Position numbers and translations under genes: made by a program. Source: Akkermansia sp. (GTDB taxonomy: Bacteria > Verrucomicrobiota > Verrucomicrobiia > Verrucomicrobiales > Akkermansiaceae). From it: 64,000 nt of DNA. The notes below the pieces were generated by a model, which saw only the letters and a list, made by a program, of their open reading frames with translations, was not told where the DNA came from and ran no database searches. Location: assembly GCA_017504805.1 (NCBI GenBank), contig JAFVQN010000136.1, forward strand, positions 4,890 through 68,889, in the 5' to 3' direction. Positions 18,898 to 32,651 of this stretch are shown here, one piece after another (the stretch's first letter is position 1; each line of letters starts with the position of its first letter).

Positions 18898-19835
18898 GGC
18901 AGAAGGGTGGGAAAGTTATCCAGTATGTAGGTTGCAGTCCGGCCTGCTTCATCCATGGTTTTACCGGTCTGGGGGATGGTGTTGGTCTTGGCCCATTCTG
19001 TGAAACGGCATACACTGCCGTCGGCAATAAGCATGTTCAGGCCGCGGGCAATGCGGGAGGCATCCGGCTTGTGCGGGCCTTCCTTGGCCGGCATTTCGAT
19101 GATACCCACGGGAGCGCCGCTTGAGAGAGCTTCATAGACCATACTCACACTGTCCTGTGTGACCCAGACTTCCTTGGCCTTGGCCAGATTTTCGGGTACC
19201 CAGTCCGGCCCCGTTTCTTCCACTGGCACAACGCGGATGTTCGGGCAGGCGGCACTCAGGTCGCTCACAAAATCTGCCGGGGTGCGGCGCGATGTTGTGA
19301 GCACGATGGGGGTGCTGGTCAGACGAGCGATGGAGGAAAGCTGGTTGAGTACCAGTTCGGCGTCCCAGTTGTAGCTCTTGCTCGGCCCGCCAATCAGTAT
19401 GAGTGTCTGAGTCTTATCAATGCCGGGTGCGGGTTTGATGGCGTTGATTGCCCCGACGGTCGGGAAGATTCTACCGTTGGCGGTAAAGCCGTCTGGCAGG
19501 TCATGACGGGGCATGATGCATAAATCGAACATGCTCGAGGGCAGGCTCGGGCGCATGCATACCATGCACAGGCAACGCAGGTGACGCGCCAGGCTGAGCG
19601 CCGCGAGGTGTGTGCCGTGTCCGGCACAGAGAATCAGGTCGGGCCGGGGGTGGGGCAGTTCCTTGCCCTTGTAGAAGAGTTTGCTGAACCAGCTCAGACC
19701 TGTGATGTCCACTTCGTAGCATGCGTGGTTGCGACCAGGTGCCCGCTTACCTGCTTGTTCGATAAGCGCTCCTGCTAGTCCCCTCGTCTGGGAGAGGTGG
19801 CCTTTTTTGCCATCGCTGATGATGTAGATAATCAT
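18894..19835 (-). CDS. ELM1/GtrOC1-family putative glycosyltransferase
   Basis: SDGKKGHLSQTRGLA, LIGGPSK, TTSRRTP, VWVTQDSVSMVYEALSSG. Confidence 0.87.
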   Translation of the reverse strand: MIIYIISDGKKGHLSQTRGLAGALIEQAGKRAPGRNHACYEVDITGLSWFSKLFYKGKELPHPRPDLILCAGHGTHLAALSLARHLRCLCMVCMRPSLPSSMFDLCIMPRHDLPDGFTANGRIFPTVGAINAIKPAPGIDKTQTLILIGGPSKSYNWDAELVLNQLSSIARLTSTPIVLTTSRRTPADFVSDLSAACPNIRVVPVEETGPDWVPENLAKAKEVWVTQDSVSMVYEALSSGAPVGIIEMPAKEGPHKPDASRIARGLNMLIADGSVCRFTEWAKTNTIPQTGKTMDEAGRTATYILDNFPTLLP

Positions 19836-19839
19836 GGCT

Positions 19840-21129
19840 TCATTGGAGAGGGAGGGTTACACTGCCTTTGAGGGTCTGCCCGAGCAGTGGTGTATTCAGG
19901 GTGCCGCAGGGCAATGTCTCAACAGAAATTTCTGAAGTGGCTTCCGGGTCAAAGAGCAGCAGGGGCATGCCTTCCGGCTCTTCGGGGTCCATCACATCCG
20001 GGCAGACAATGGTGCAGGGGGCTACACAGCAGACTCGCACCAGATCATCCCAGCTGAGTTTGCCGGGTTGCACGAGTTTCGTGTAGAGCGTAGGCAGGAA
20101 GTGGTCCAGCAGGCACATGCCTTGCGGGGCTGAGGGAAAGTCCTGCTTCTTGGCAAAGGGAAGACACGGCGTGTGGTCGGAGACGATGCAGTCAATCGTG
20201 CCGTCCTTCAGACCAGCCAGCAGGGCTTCGGTATCTGCCTTATCGCGCAGCGGGGGCAAGGTCTTGTAATTGGTGTCGTAATCGCCTACGTCTTCGTGTG
20301 TGAACAGAAGATGGTGCAACGCCACTTCGGCTGTCACGCGGCAGCCGGCAGCCTTGGCCCGGCGGATGATTTCCACGCCTTCTGCCGTGCTGACTGTCTG
20401 CACGTGCAGCTTGCAACCGGCATCCTGCGCGAGACGCACAATGATTTCAAGCCCGATTTCCTCCGCGCAGGCCGGGGTGCCGTGCAGACCGAGCCTGTAG
20501 GATGTTGTGCCGGGATGCATGCAGGTATTGGCCGTGATGCTGGGCACGTCGCCGCGGATGGCCATGGTCATGCCCAGCTCGGCCACGTATTTCATGGCTC
20601 GGTGCAGCATGAGCAGGTTGCCCGGGCGCTCTCCTGCATCACTCAGTATGCTGATGCCCCGGGCGGCGAGTGTGTTGTATGGAGCTTGCTGGTCGCCTTT
20701 CATGCCCTGGGAAATACACCCTGCGGGAATCATTTCAGCAGCAGAGCGCTGGCCGACTGCGTCGCGGAAGCTGTCCAGTGCGGAGCTGTTGTCAAACATG
20801 AAGCCGGCAGAGGGCTGCACCAGAATGCCCCACACTCCGCCCTGCACAGCTGCCTGGCCGGTGCGTGTGACGGATTCGCGCTTGCTGCGGCCTTCAATCT
20901 CAATCTTGGCGTGCATGTCGAAGAGCGCGGGGAGTATCAGTTTGCCTGTAGCGTCGATGACTCGCGCACGCTCGGGAATATTCATCTGCCCGGCGGGACT
21001 CACTTCTGCATCGCATATGGTGATGCCGCCGAATTCCGGCACAACCTGGCTGTGTCCCGGTGCCAGGCGGATATCAAACGCTTCACCCGTGGGAGCCCAG
21101 GTGGCATTCCGAATGTAGGTACTAGTCAT
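19840..21129 (-). CDS. pyrC: Dihydroorotase-like protein, probably inactive PyrC' subunit of ATCase
   Basis: Amidohydrolase fold (PPLR, SDHTP) but HxH replaced by HAK; overlaps pyrB. Confidence 0.85.
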   Translation of the reverse strand: MTSTYIRNATWAPTGEAFDIRLAPGHSQVVPEFGGITICDAEVSPAGQMNIPERARVIDATGKLILPALFDMHAKIEIEGRSKRESVTRTGQAAVQGGVWGILVQPSAGFMFDNSSALDSFRDAVGQRSAAEMIPAGCISQGMKGDQQAPYNTLAARGISILSDAGERPGNLLMLHRAMKYVAELGMTMAIRGDVPSITANTCMHPGTTSYRLGLHGTPACAEEIGLEIIVRLAQDAGCKLHVQTVSTAEGVEIIRRAKAAGCRVTAEVALHHLLFTHEDVGDYDTNYKTLPPLRDKADTEALLAGLKDGTIDCIVSDHTPCLPFAKKQDFPSAPQGMCLLDHFLPTLYTKLVQPGKLSWDDLVRVCCVAPCTIVCPDVMDPEEPEGMPLLLFDPEATSEISVETLPCGTLNTPLLGQTLKGSVTLPLQ

Positions 21130-22048
21130 TGTTCTGCGTCCGGGGTGTGAGGTAGGAAAGAATGCTCATGCGTGCTGCAACACCGTTTTCGACCTGGTTG
21201 CAGATGAGACTGTTGCGGTATTCCATGGCGTTGTCGCAAAGTTCCACGCCGCGATTCACCGGGCCGGGGTGCATGATGCTCAGATTGAGGTCATCTATGC
21301 GCTTCAATCGTTCTTCAGTCACGCCGAAGGCGTTGTGGTAATCAGAGGATGGGAAGAAAGGCGTGTCCATGCGCTCGTTCTGGACGCGCAGCAGGTAGAT
21401 GACATCCGGCTTCCATTCGAAGACGGCATCCCAGTTCGTGAAACGCGGTATGCCGGTGAACTTTTCTGCCGGCACCAGCGGACCCGGCCCCATGTAGGCA
21501 ACGCATGCGCCCAGCCGGGTCAGGATGGTGCTGGTGGAGCGTGCCACGCGGCTGTGCAGAATATCGCCGATGATGACTACTCGTCTGCCATTCAGTTCGC
21601 CGTACTTTTCCTGCAGGGTGAAGGCATCCAGGAATGCCTGGCTCGGATGGGCATGGGCACCGTCGCCTGCATTGATGACGGAAGCTTTGGCATGGCGCCC
21701 GATGACGGCGGGGATGCCGCTGTTCTTATGGCGCACGATGATGTAGTCCATGTGCATGCTCATGAGCGTGTCGATGGTGTCATGCACGCTCTCTCCTTTA
21801 ACCACGGAGGATGTGGCTACGGAAAAGGTGGTAACATCTGCCTGTAGTTTCCTGGCTGCAAGCTCAAAGGATGAACGCGTGCGGGTGCTCGGTTCGTAAA
21901 ACAGCGTCAGAACAGATTTGCCTGCAAGCACCGGGTGTGTTTTGCCGCTGCAGAATATCTGTTTCATCTCCGCCGTCCTTTTCAGAATGGCTCGGATATC
22001 CGCATCGCTCAGCGTGCTGATGGTCAGTAAATCTTTTGGCGTACTCAT
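21122..22048 (-). CDS. pyrB: Aspartate carbamoyltransferase catalytic subunit
   Basis: FYEPSTRTRSSFE, KGES, HPSQAFLD, HSRVARS, MHPGP. Confidence 0.97.
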   Translation of the reverse strand: MSTPKDLLTISTLSDADIRAILKRTAEMKQIFCSGKTHPVLAGKSVLTLFYEPSTRTRSSFELAARKLQADVTTFSVATSSVVKGESVHDTIDTLMSMHMDYIIVRHKNSGIPAVIGRHAKASVINAGDGAHAHPSQAFLDAFTLQEKYGELNGRRVVIIGDILHSRVARSTSTILTRLGACVAYMGPGPLVPAEKFTGIPRFTNWDAVFEWKPDVIYLLRVQNERMDTPFFPSSDYHNAFGVTEERLKRIDDLNLSIMHPGPVNRGVELCDNAMEYRNSLICNQVENGVAARMSILSYLTPRTQNND

Positions 22049-22096
22049 TTCCTGTGATGGAGTGGTTGACCTGGGGCGGGCGCTTGCCCGCGCAGC

Positions 22097-22504
22097 TTAT
22101 TCTGCCAGTTTGATGATGCGGTGGGCCGCCATGGCTGCATTGAGCGGTGTCTTCTTGTGCAGGCCGACCGTGGTGGCAGGTACCCCGCCCGGGAGCTGGG
22201 AAATGGCCAGCAGGGCATCCACCCCGTTGAGCGGACCGCAGGGAACAGGTACACCGATGACCGGCAACTCAGTATTCATGACAACCACGCCGGGCAGCGC
22301 CGCGGAAAGTCCTGCAACGCAGAGCAGCACCGCCTTGGTCTTGCTGGCCTCAAGTTCCCGCAGATAGTCAATAAGGGCGGGCAGATCGCGGTGGGCAGAA
22401 TAGATTACCTCCTCATGTTCCACGTTGTTCTCCTGGAAATAGACGCGAGCCGGTTCCATGAACGGAAGGTCGCTCTTGCTGCCGTAAATCGTGATAACTT
22501 TCAT
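22097..22504 (-). CDS. purE: AIR carboxylase / N5-CAIR mutase
   Basis: GSKSD, SAHR, LPVIGVP, GVDALLAISQLPGGVPATTV. Confidence 0.92.
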   Translation of the reverse strand: MKVITIYGSKSDLPFMEPARVYFQENNVEHEEVIYSAHRDLPALIDYLRELEASKTKAVLLCVAGLSAALPGVVVMNTELPVIGVPVPCGPLNGVDALLAISQLPGGVPATTVGLHKKTPLNAAMAAHRIIKLAE

Positions 22505-22514
22505 GCTACCGCAC

Positions 22515-22543
22515 ATTCTACCACGCACGCCCGCGCGTATCAA
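22515..22543 (-). promoter_or_regulatory. Sigma70-like promoter of purE
   Basis: TTGATA-17-TAGAAT with extended TG, 10 nt before ATG. Confidence 0.7.
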
Positions 22544-22631
22544 GAAAAAAGCAACTTCTCTGACGCGCTATGAGCGGATTCATCTTATTTGACCTCTTGC
22601 GTAGGAACCGCCAGGACCGGAGCTTGCCGAA

Positions 22632-23246
22632 TCAGCGGATGAAGTGAGTCCAGGCGCGGGGGGAGGGCGCCTGCGGGTGCTTAGGCCCAGCTGCCAGACA
22701 CTGCATCACCCAGGCCATGTTCTGCCCGAGGTGGCAGAGTGTCTGTACGCCTTCTGCATCCTGCTGCACTTCTCCTGGGCGCATGCCGTAAATCATATTC
22801 CAGTAAAAGGAACTGACCAGGGGTTGGTTATTATAGGTGATGTACTTGTTGAGCCGGTCCAGGGTGGTGCTGGCACCACCGCGGCGTGCCACTGCAACCG
22901 TGGCTCCGGGTTTATATGCCAGCTTTGCACCGGCAGAATAGTACAGCCGGTCCAGCAGGGCGCAGAGCGAGCCGTTGGGGCCGGCAAAGTAGGTGGGGCT
23001 TCCAATCACAATGCCATCTATGGAATCCAGCTGGTCATAGATGTAGCTGTAAAGCTTATCCTTCATGCCGCAGCGTCCGGTTTTAAGGCATTGCCGACAG
23101 CCGATGCACCCTTGCACCGCTGCTGCTCCAATCTGGACAATCTCGGTTTCGACGCCGGCGGCGTTCATAGCTTCAGCCACGATGGAGAGCGCGTGGTAAG
23201 TATTGCCTGCCGCATTGGGGCTGCCGTTGAGGAGTAGAGCTTTCAT
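22632..23246 (-). CDS. Flavodoxin family / iron-sulfur flavoprotein
   Basis: NGSPNAAGNT, GCIGCRQC..TGRC, GSPTYFAG, RRGG. Confidence 0.9.
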   Translation of the reverse strand: MKALLLNGSPNAAGNTYHALSIVAEAMNAAGVETEIVQIGAAAVQGCIGCRQCLKTGRCGMKDKLYSYIYDQLDSIDGIVIGSPTYFAGPNGSLCALLDRLYYSAGAKLAYKPGATVAVARRGGASTTLDRLNKYITYNNQPLVSSFYWNMIYGMRPGEVQQDAEGVQTLCHLGQNMAWVMQCLAAGPKHPQAPSPRAWTHFIR

Positions 23247-23345
23247 GCTGCAGAGTGTAGCACGCAGGCAAACAGGCTGCAAGTAAATAATATGCTGCCA
23301 CAGACGAAGCCGGGCATTGACCGCTGCGGGGAGCTTGTGATATGA

Positions 23346-26590
<3,245 letters not shown>

Positions 26591-26643
26591 AAAGGTTGCC
26601 AGCTTTCACAGAAAAAGCTTTTCAGCTACTGTTGATTTGGTAG

Positions 26644-28458
<1,815 letters not shown>

Positions 28459-28511
28459 GTTGCGGCTGGGTGCTGTGTTTTTGATGTTCAATTGGATGTG
28501 AGTGAATGCAA

Positions 28512-28542
28512 AAGCGGGCATCTGCTGTGCAGATGCCCGCTT
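28512..28542. terminator. Bidirectional terminator (thiC/fabH)
   Basis: AAGCGGGCATCTGC-tgt-GCAGATGCCCGCTT perfect 14-bp stem. Confidence 0.8.
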
Positions 28543-28562
28543 GAAGCAAGGGGTGATTGTTC

Positions 28563-29579
28563 TCAGAGACGGATGGCGGCCGAACTCCAGGTGAGGCCGG
28601 CACCGAAGGTTACAAGGAGGATGATATCTCCCTTTCTGGCGCGTCCTGTGGAGACTGCTTCATCCAGCGCAATGGCCACGGCGGCGCCGGAGGTGTTGCC
28701 GTATTTATGGACATTGACGAATACTCGCTCGGCTGGGATACCCAGTCGCTGCGCCACGGCATTGATGATGCGCAGATTTGCCTGGTGAGGGATAACCAGG
28801 TCTACATCTTCCGGCTTGATGCCGGTGCGCTCAATGAGGGAGAGGGCGCTGTCCTTCATGTGTGCCACTGCGTAGCGGAATACTTCGTTGCCTCGCATGG
28901 CCAGTGTGTAAAGCTTCTCCTGGATGTTTTCCTCTGTAGTGGGAATGGCAGAACCGCCGCCGGGTACCATGAGCAGGTCGGTGAGTGTGCCGTCCGAACC
29001 GATATCGGAAGCAAGCACCGCGCTGTCACCCTCAATGCCGGTGCCGGATCGAAGCACGGCTGCTCCCGCACCGTCACCAAAGAGCACGCAGGTGGAGCGG
29101 TCTTCCCAGTTGACGATGTGGCTGAGTTTCTCGGAAGCGATGATGAGGGCTGTTCTGGCCTGGCCGCAGCCGATGTACTGCACTGCTGTCTTGAGGGCAA
29201 AGAGGAAGCCTGAGCATGCTGCCGATATATCGAATGCCGCTGCATTCACGGCTCCGATATTGGCTTGCACGTAGCAGGCGGTGGAAGGTGTGAATGTATC
29301 CGGCGTAACGGTCGCGACGATGATCAGATCAATTTCTTCCGGGGTTACTCCAGCGGATTCCATGGCCCGCCGGGCGGCCTGGGTTGCCATATCACTGGTC
29401 TTTTCGTCGGGGGCGGCAATGCGGCGCTCTTCGATGCCTGTGCGGGTGACAATCCATTCGTTGGATGTGTCTACCATTTTTTCCAGGTCTTCATTGGTGA
29501 GCCGACGCTCAGGTACGTAGGAACCTGTGCCGATAAGAGCCACAGGAAGGCGCTTGAATGGTTTGGTGAGATCGTTCAT
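28563..29579 (-). CDS. fabH: 3-oxoacyl-ACP synthase III
   Basis: AACSGF, FGDGAGA, PHQANLRI, YGNTS, FGAGLTW. Confidence 0.96.
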   Translation of the reverse strand: MNDLTKPFKRLPVALIGTGSYVPERRLTNEDLEKMVDTSNEWIVTRTGIEERRIAAPDEKTSDMATQAARRAMESAGVTPEEIDLIIVATVTPDTFTPSTACYVQANIGAVNAAAFDISAACSGFLFALKTAVQYIGCGQARTALIIASEKLSHIVNWEDRSTCVLFGDGAGAAVLRSGTGIEGDSAVLASDIGSDGTLTDLLMVPGGGSAIPTTEENIQEKLYTLAMRGNEVFRYAVAHMKDSALSLIERTGIKPEDVDLVIPHQANLRIINAVAQRLGIPAERVFVNVHKYGNTSGAAVAIALDEAVSTGRARKGDIILLVTFGAGLTWSSAAIRL

Positions 29580-29679
29580 GTCAACTTTGTTTTCGCGATG
29601 CTTACGACACTGTCGATACTGACACATTAACACATAATCCATGAGATGGCGAGATTTTTTTTGCCGTATGGCGTAAAAT

Positions 29680-29695
29680 TAGAGTTAACTCTATT
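29680..29695. repeat. 14-bp palindrome TAGAGTTAACTCTA plus copy 1 of direct repeat AACTCTATT
   Basis: Palindrome 29680-29693; AACTCTATT 29687-29695 abuts the integrase stop. Confidence 0.6.
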
Positions 29696-30702
29696 TAAAG
29701 CCAGTTATCAGTTTTGAAAAATGCGTGAGCGTCGGCGTTTCTCAGATAGCGGAGGTTGAGGTAGCGCGTTTGCAGAAGGATGGCGTTTCGGTGCCCCATT
29801 TCTTCCTGCAGGAGGGGGAGGTTGTGGTAGCGTTTCAGATGCATGCTGGCAAAGGTGTGGCGCAGAACGTCGTTTTGCCAGGTTCTGAAGCCGGCTCTTT
29901 GCCTGAGGAGCAGCCAGAGTCGTTCCCAGTTGCAGGGGGCGATGCGCTGGTCAGGTGCTTTCATTTGTCGCAGCAGGCATCTGGCGCCACCCCGTAGCGG
30001 GACTGCTCTTGCACCACCTGTTTTACTGTTAAAGCTTTCAATGTAGACCAGGCGCTCAGATGGGTCGATATCTGACCAGTGCAGGCGACGTACTTCCATA
30101 GGACGGATACCGCACCATAGCATGAGACGCAGTGGTGCTTCCATAGGGAGAAGGCGTATATCATGTCTGCATGCATGCAGCAGGCTCCTGATTTGTTTCA
30201 GATTCAGGATTTCGATGCGCTTTTCCTCAACCTGCGGTCGCAGAATGGCTTTTGCCGGGTTCTGAGTGCACCAGCCTTGGCGGATTGCTTGAGTAAAAAC
30301 GCTGTGCAATACGGTCTGAGCCTTCCGGAAACTATGTGCGCTATGACCGAATTGAGCCTGCAGCATGACGCGGCATTTCGGAATGCTGATGAATCTGATG
30401 GGCATCTCCGCGAAACCGGGATAGAGGCACATGCGGTTAATGTATGAGCGTAAATCGGCCAGCGTGCTGGGGCGGCGGTGGGTTCTGGCCAGGATGCTGA
30501 AATCAGCGGCTTCTCTGAAACTGACCGTTTCTTCGCTATCCTCCAGGGCCTTCGCAATTGCTTTTACAACGCGCCTGAGTTGCTGGAAGAACTCCTGATT
30601 CTCATGGGCAGCATCTTCTGTGAGTTTTACGAGTATCTGCGCAGGGGCCTCCGGCAGGGGAAGAGTAACGGCTGAGCTGGTTAAATGAGAGGACGTATTC
30701 AT
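29695..30702 (-). CDS. Tyrosine recombinase/integrase, solitary
   Basis: GIRPMEV (R), SKTGG (K), DVLRHTFAS (R), EMGH (H), TRYLN (Y). Confidence 0.9.
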   Translation of the reverse strand: MNTSSHLTSSAVTLPLPEAPAQILVKLTEDAAHENQEFFQQLRRVVKAIAKALEDSEETVSFREAADFSILARTHRRPSTLADLRSYINRMCLYPGFAEMPIRFISIPKCRVMLQAQFGHSAHSFRKAQTVLHSVFTQAIRQGWCTQNPAKAILRPQVEEKRIEILNLKQIRSLLHACRHDIRLLPMEAPLRLMLWCGIRPMEVRRLHWSDIDPSERLVYIESFNSKTGGARAVPLRGGARCLLRQMKAPDQRIAPCNWERLWLLLRQRAGFRTWQNDVLRHTFASMHLKRYHNLPLLQEEMGHRNAILLQTRYLNLRYLRNADAHAFFKTDNWL

Positions 30703-30707
30703 ACGAG

Positions 30708-30716
30708 AACTCTATT
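30708..30716. repeat. Copy 2 of direct repeat AACTCTATT
   Basis: 5 nt upstream of the integrase ATG; contains the putative -10 (TAGAGT on the minus strand). Confidence 0.55.
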
Positions 30717-30829
30717 ACATTGCTCCGGAGTTGTCACATCGCTTTCCCCAAAAACCACGTTTTGCCCATTTGCGCTTGCCAGATGAGGCGAAATGTGATA
30801 CTCTCACCCGCGTACGTTTTCCCATCCGC

Positions 30830-32515
30830 ATGAATAAGGAATATCGCATCGTCATTGGTTCAGATCACAAGGGGGTTGATCTGAAGGAAGCCGCTATCGA
30901 GATTTTGAAAGACTGGGGATTCCAGGTGGAGGATGTGGGTCCTGCCACAAAGGAATCCTGCAACTATGCCGAGTATGCCAACGCAGTCTGCAAGCGCATT
31001 GTTGATGGTCGCGCTGACCGCGGCGTGCTGATTTGTTTCTCCGGTCTGGGTATGAGTATTGCTGCCAACCGTTGGAAGGGCGTTCGCGCTACACTTTCCC
31101 GCACCCCGCAGGAGGCTGCTTTTGCCCGTCATCACAATGATTCCAATGTGCTCTGCATGGCATCTGCTTTCCTTTCTCCGGAGTCTATGGAAGAGGTGCT
31201 GCGTATCTGGCTCGATGCCGAGTACGAAGGTGGTCGCCACGTGAACCGCCTGCTGGTGGGTTCCGGTTCACCGCTCTCCGTCAGTGACCCTGAGCTGGCT
31301 TCCTATATTGAAGAGGAACGCTGCCGCCAGAACAATAACATCGAGCTTATTGCATCCGAGAACTTTACTTCTCCTGCCGTGATGGAGGCTCAGGGCTCTT
31401 GCCTGACCAACAAGTACGCCGAAGGTTATCCCGCCCGCCGCTGGTACGGCGGCTGTGAGGTTGTGGACAAGGTGGAGCAGCTGGCTATTGACCGCGCCAA
31501 GGCTCTGTTCGGTTGCGATGCTGTCAATGTGCAGGCTCACTCCGGCTCTTCTGCCAACCAGACCGTTTACCACGCCTGCATCAACCCTGGTGATACGATT
31601 CTGACCATGGACCTGGCATGCGGTGGTCACCTTTCCCACGGTTTCTTTGCCAACTTCTCCGGCAAGGCCTACAAGGTGGAACACTACGGCGTGGATCCCG
31701 AGACTGAGATGATTGATTACGATGCTCTGGAAGCAAAGGCCAAGGAAGTGAAGCCTGCGCTGATTCTGGCCGGTGCTTCTGCCTACTCCCGCACGATTGA
31801 TTTTGCCCGCATCCGCCAGATTTGTGACGAAGTAGGCGCTATCATGTTCGTGGATATGGCCCACATTGCCGGTCTGGTTGCCGCAGGCGTGCATCCGTCC
31901 CCGGTGCCTTATGCTGATTTCGTCTCCACCACCACCCACAAGAGCCTGCGAGGCCCGCGTGGCGGCCTGGTGATGTGCAAGGAACAGTGGGCCAAGAAGC
32001 TCGACAGCGCCACTTTCCCCGGTCTGCAGGGCGGCCCGCTCATGCATGTGATTGCCGCTAAGGCAGCCTGCCTCGGCGAGGCACTCAAGCCTGAGTTCCG
32101 TGAGTATGCCCAGCAGATTGTCAGGAACGCCAAGGCTATGGCTGAGAAGCTGAATCAGCTTGGCTTCCGCATTGTGGCCGGCGGCACGGATAATCACTGC
32201 TTCCTTGTAGACCTGAGCAGCAAGGGCCTCAACGGCGCCGAAGCCCAGGTAGCTCTCGATAAGGTCGGTATCACTGTGAACAAGAATGCTATTCCCTATG
32301 ATAAGGGCAGCACCTTCAAACCCAGTGGTATCCGCATCGGTACCCCGGCTGTGACGACCCGAGGCATGAAGGAGGATGATGTGCGCAAGGTGGCCGAATT
32401 CATTGGCCGCTGTCTGGGTATCCTCGCCGCCCAGAAGGTGTGCGAAACTCCCGGTGCCTACGATGAGCTCCGCGCTGAGGTTTCTGCCTTTAACAAGAAC
32501 TTCCCGATGCCGTAA
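30830..32515 (+). CDS. glyA: RpiB-GlyA fusion (ribose-5-phosphate isomerase B + serine hydroxymethyltransferase)
   Basis: [30 protein letters not shown], then [29 protein letters not shown]. Confidence 0.95.
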   Translation: MNKEYRIVIGSDHKGVDLKEAAIEILKDWGFQVEDVGPATKESCNYAEYANAVCKRIVDGRADRGVLICFSGLGMSIAANRWKGVRATLSRTPQEAAFARHHNDSNVLCMASAFLSPESMEEVLRIWLDAEYEGGRHVNRLLVGSGSPLSVSDPELASYIEEERCRQNNNIELIASENFTSPAVMEAQGSCLTNKYAEGYPARRWYGGCEVVDKVEQLAIDRAKALFGCDAVNVQAHSGSSANQTVYHACINPGDTILTMDLACGGHLSHGFFANFSGKAYKVEHYGVDPETEMIDYDALEAKAKEVKPALILAGASAYSRTIDFARIRQICDEVGAIMFVDMAHIAGLVAAGVHPSPVPYADFVSTTTHKSLRGPRGGLVMCKEQWAKKLDSATFPGLQGGPLMHVIAAKAACLGEALKPEFREYAQQIVRNAKAMAEKLNQLGFRIVAGGTDNHCFLVDLSSKGLNGAEAQVALDKVGITVNKNAIPYDKGSTFKPSGIRIGTPAVTTRGMKEDDVRKVAEFIGRCLGILAAQKVCETPGAYDELRAEVSAFNKNFPMP

Positions 32516-32543
32516 GTACGCGCTTGTTCTATCCTGAAAAACT

Positions 32544-32578
32544 GGAGGGGATGTATCTGCAGCCCCTCCTGTTTTTTA
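32544..32578 (+). terminator. Intrinsic terminator
   Basis: GGAGGGG...CCCCTCC followed by a T-run. Confidence 0.65.
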
Positions 32579-32651
32579 TATGCTTAAATCTTCTGGTCTG
32601 CCTGTTATTTCCAGCTTGACGCAGGCGGGGGAGTGATGATAAGCTTAACCC

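Noticed and set aside
22600-22625. AACCGCCAGGACCGGA resembles the SRP RNA domain IV 5' strand
   Set aside because: The GGAA loop/AGCA 3' strand and the long enclosing helix are missing; no purine or ZTP riboswitch pattern seen either
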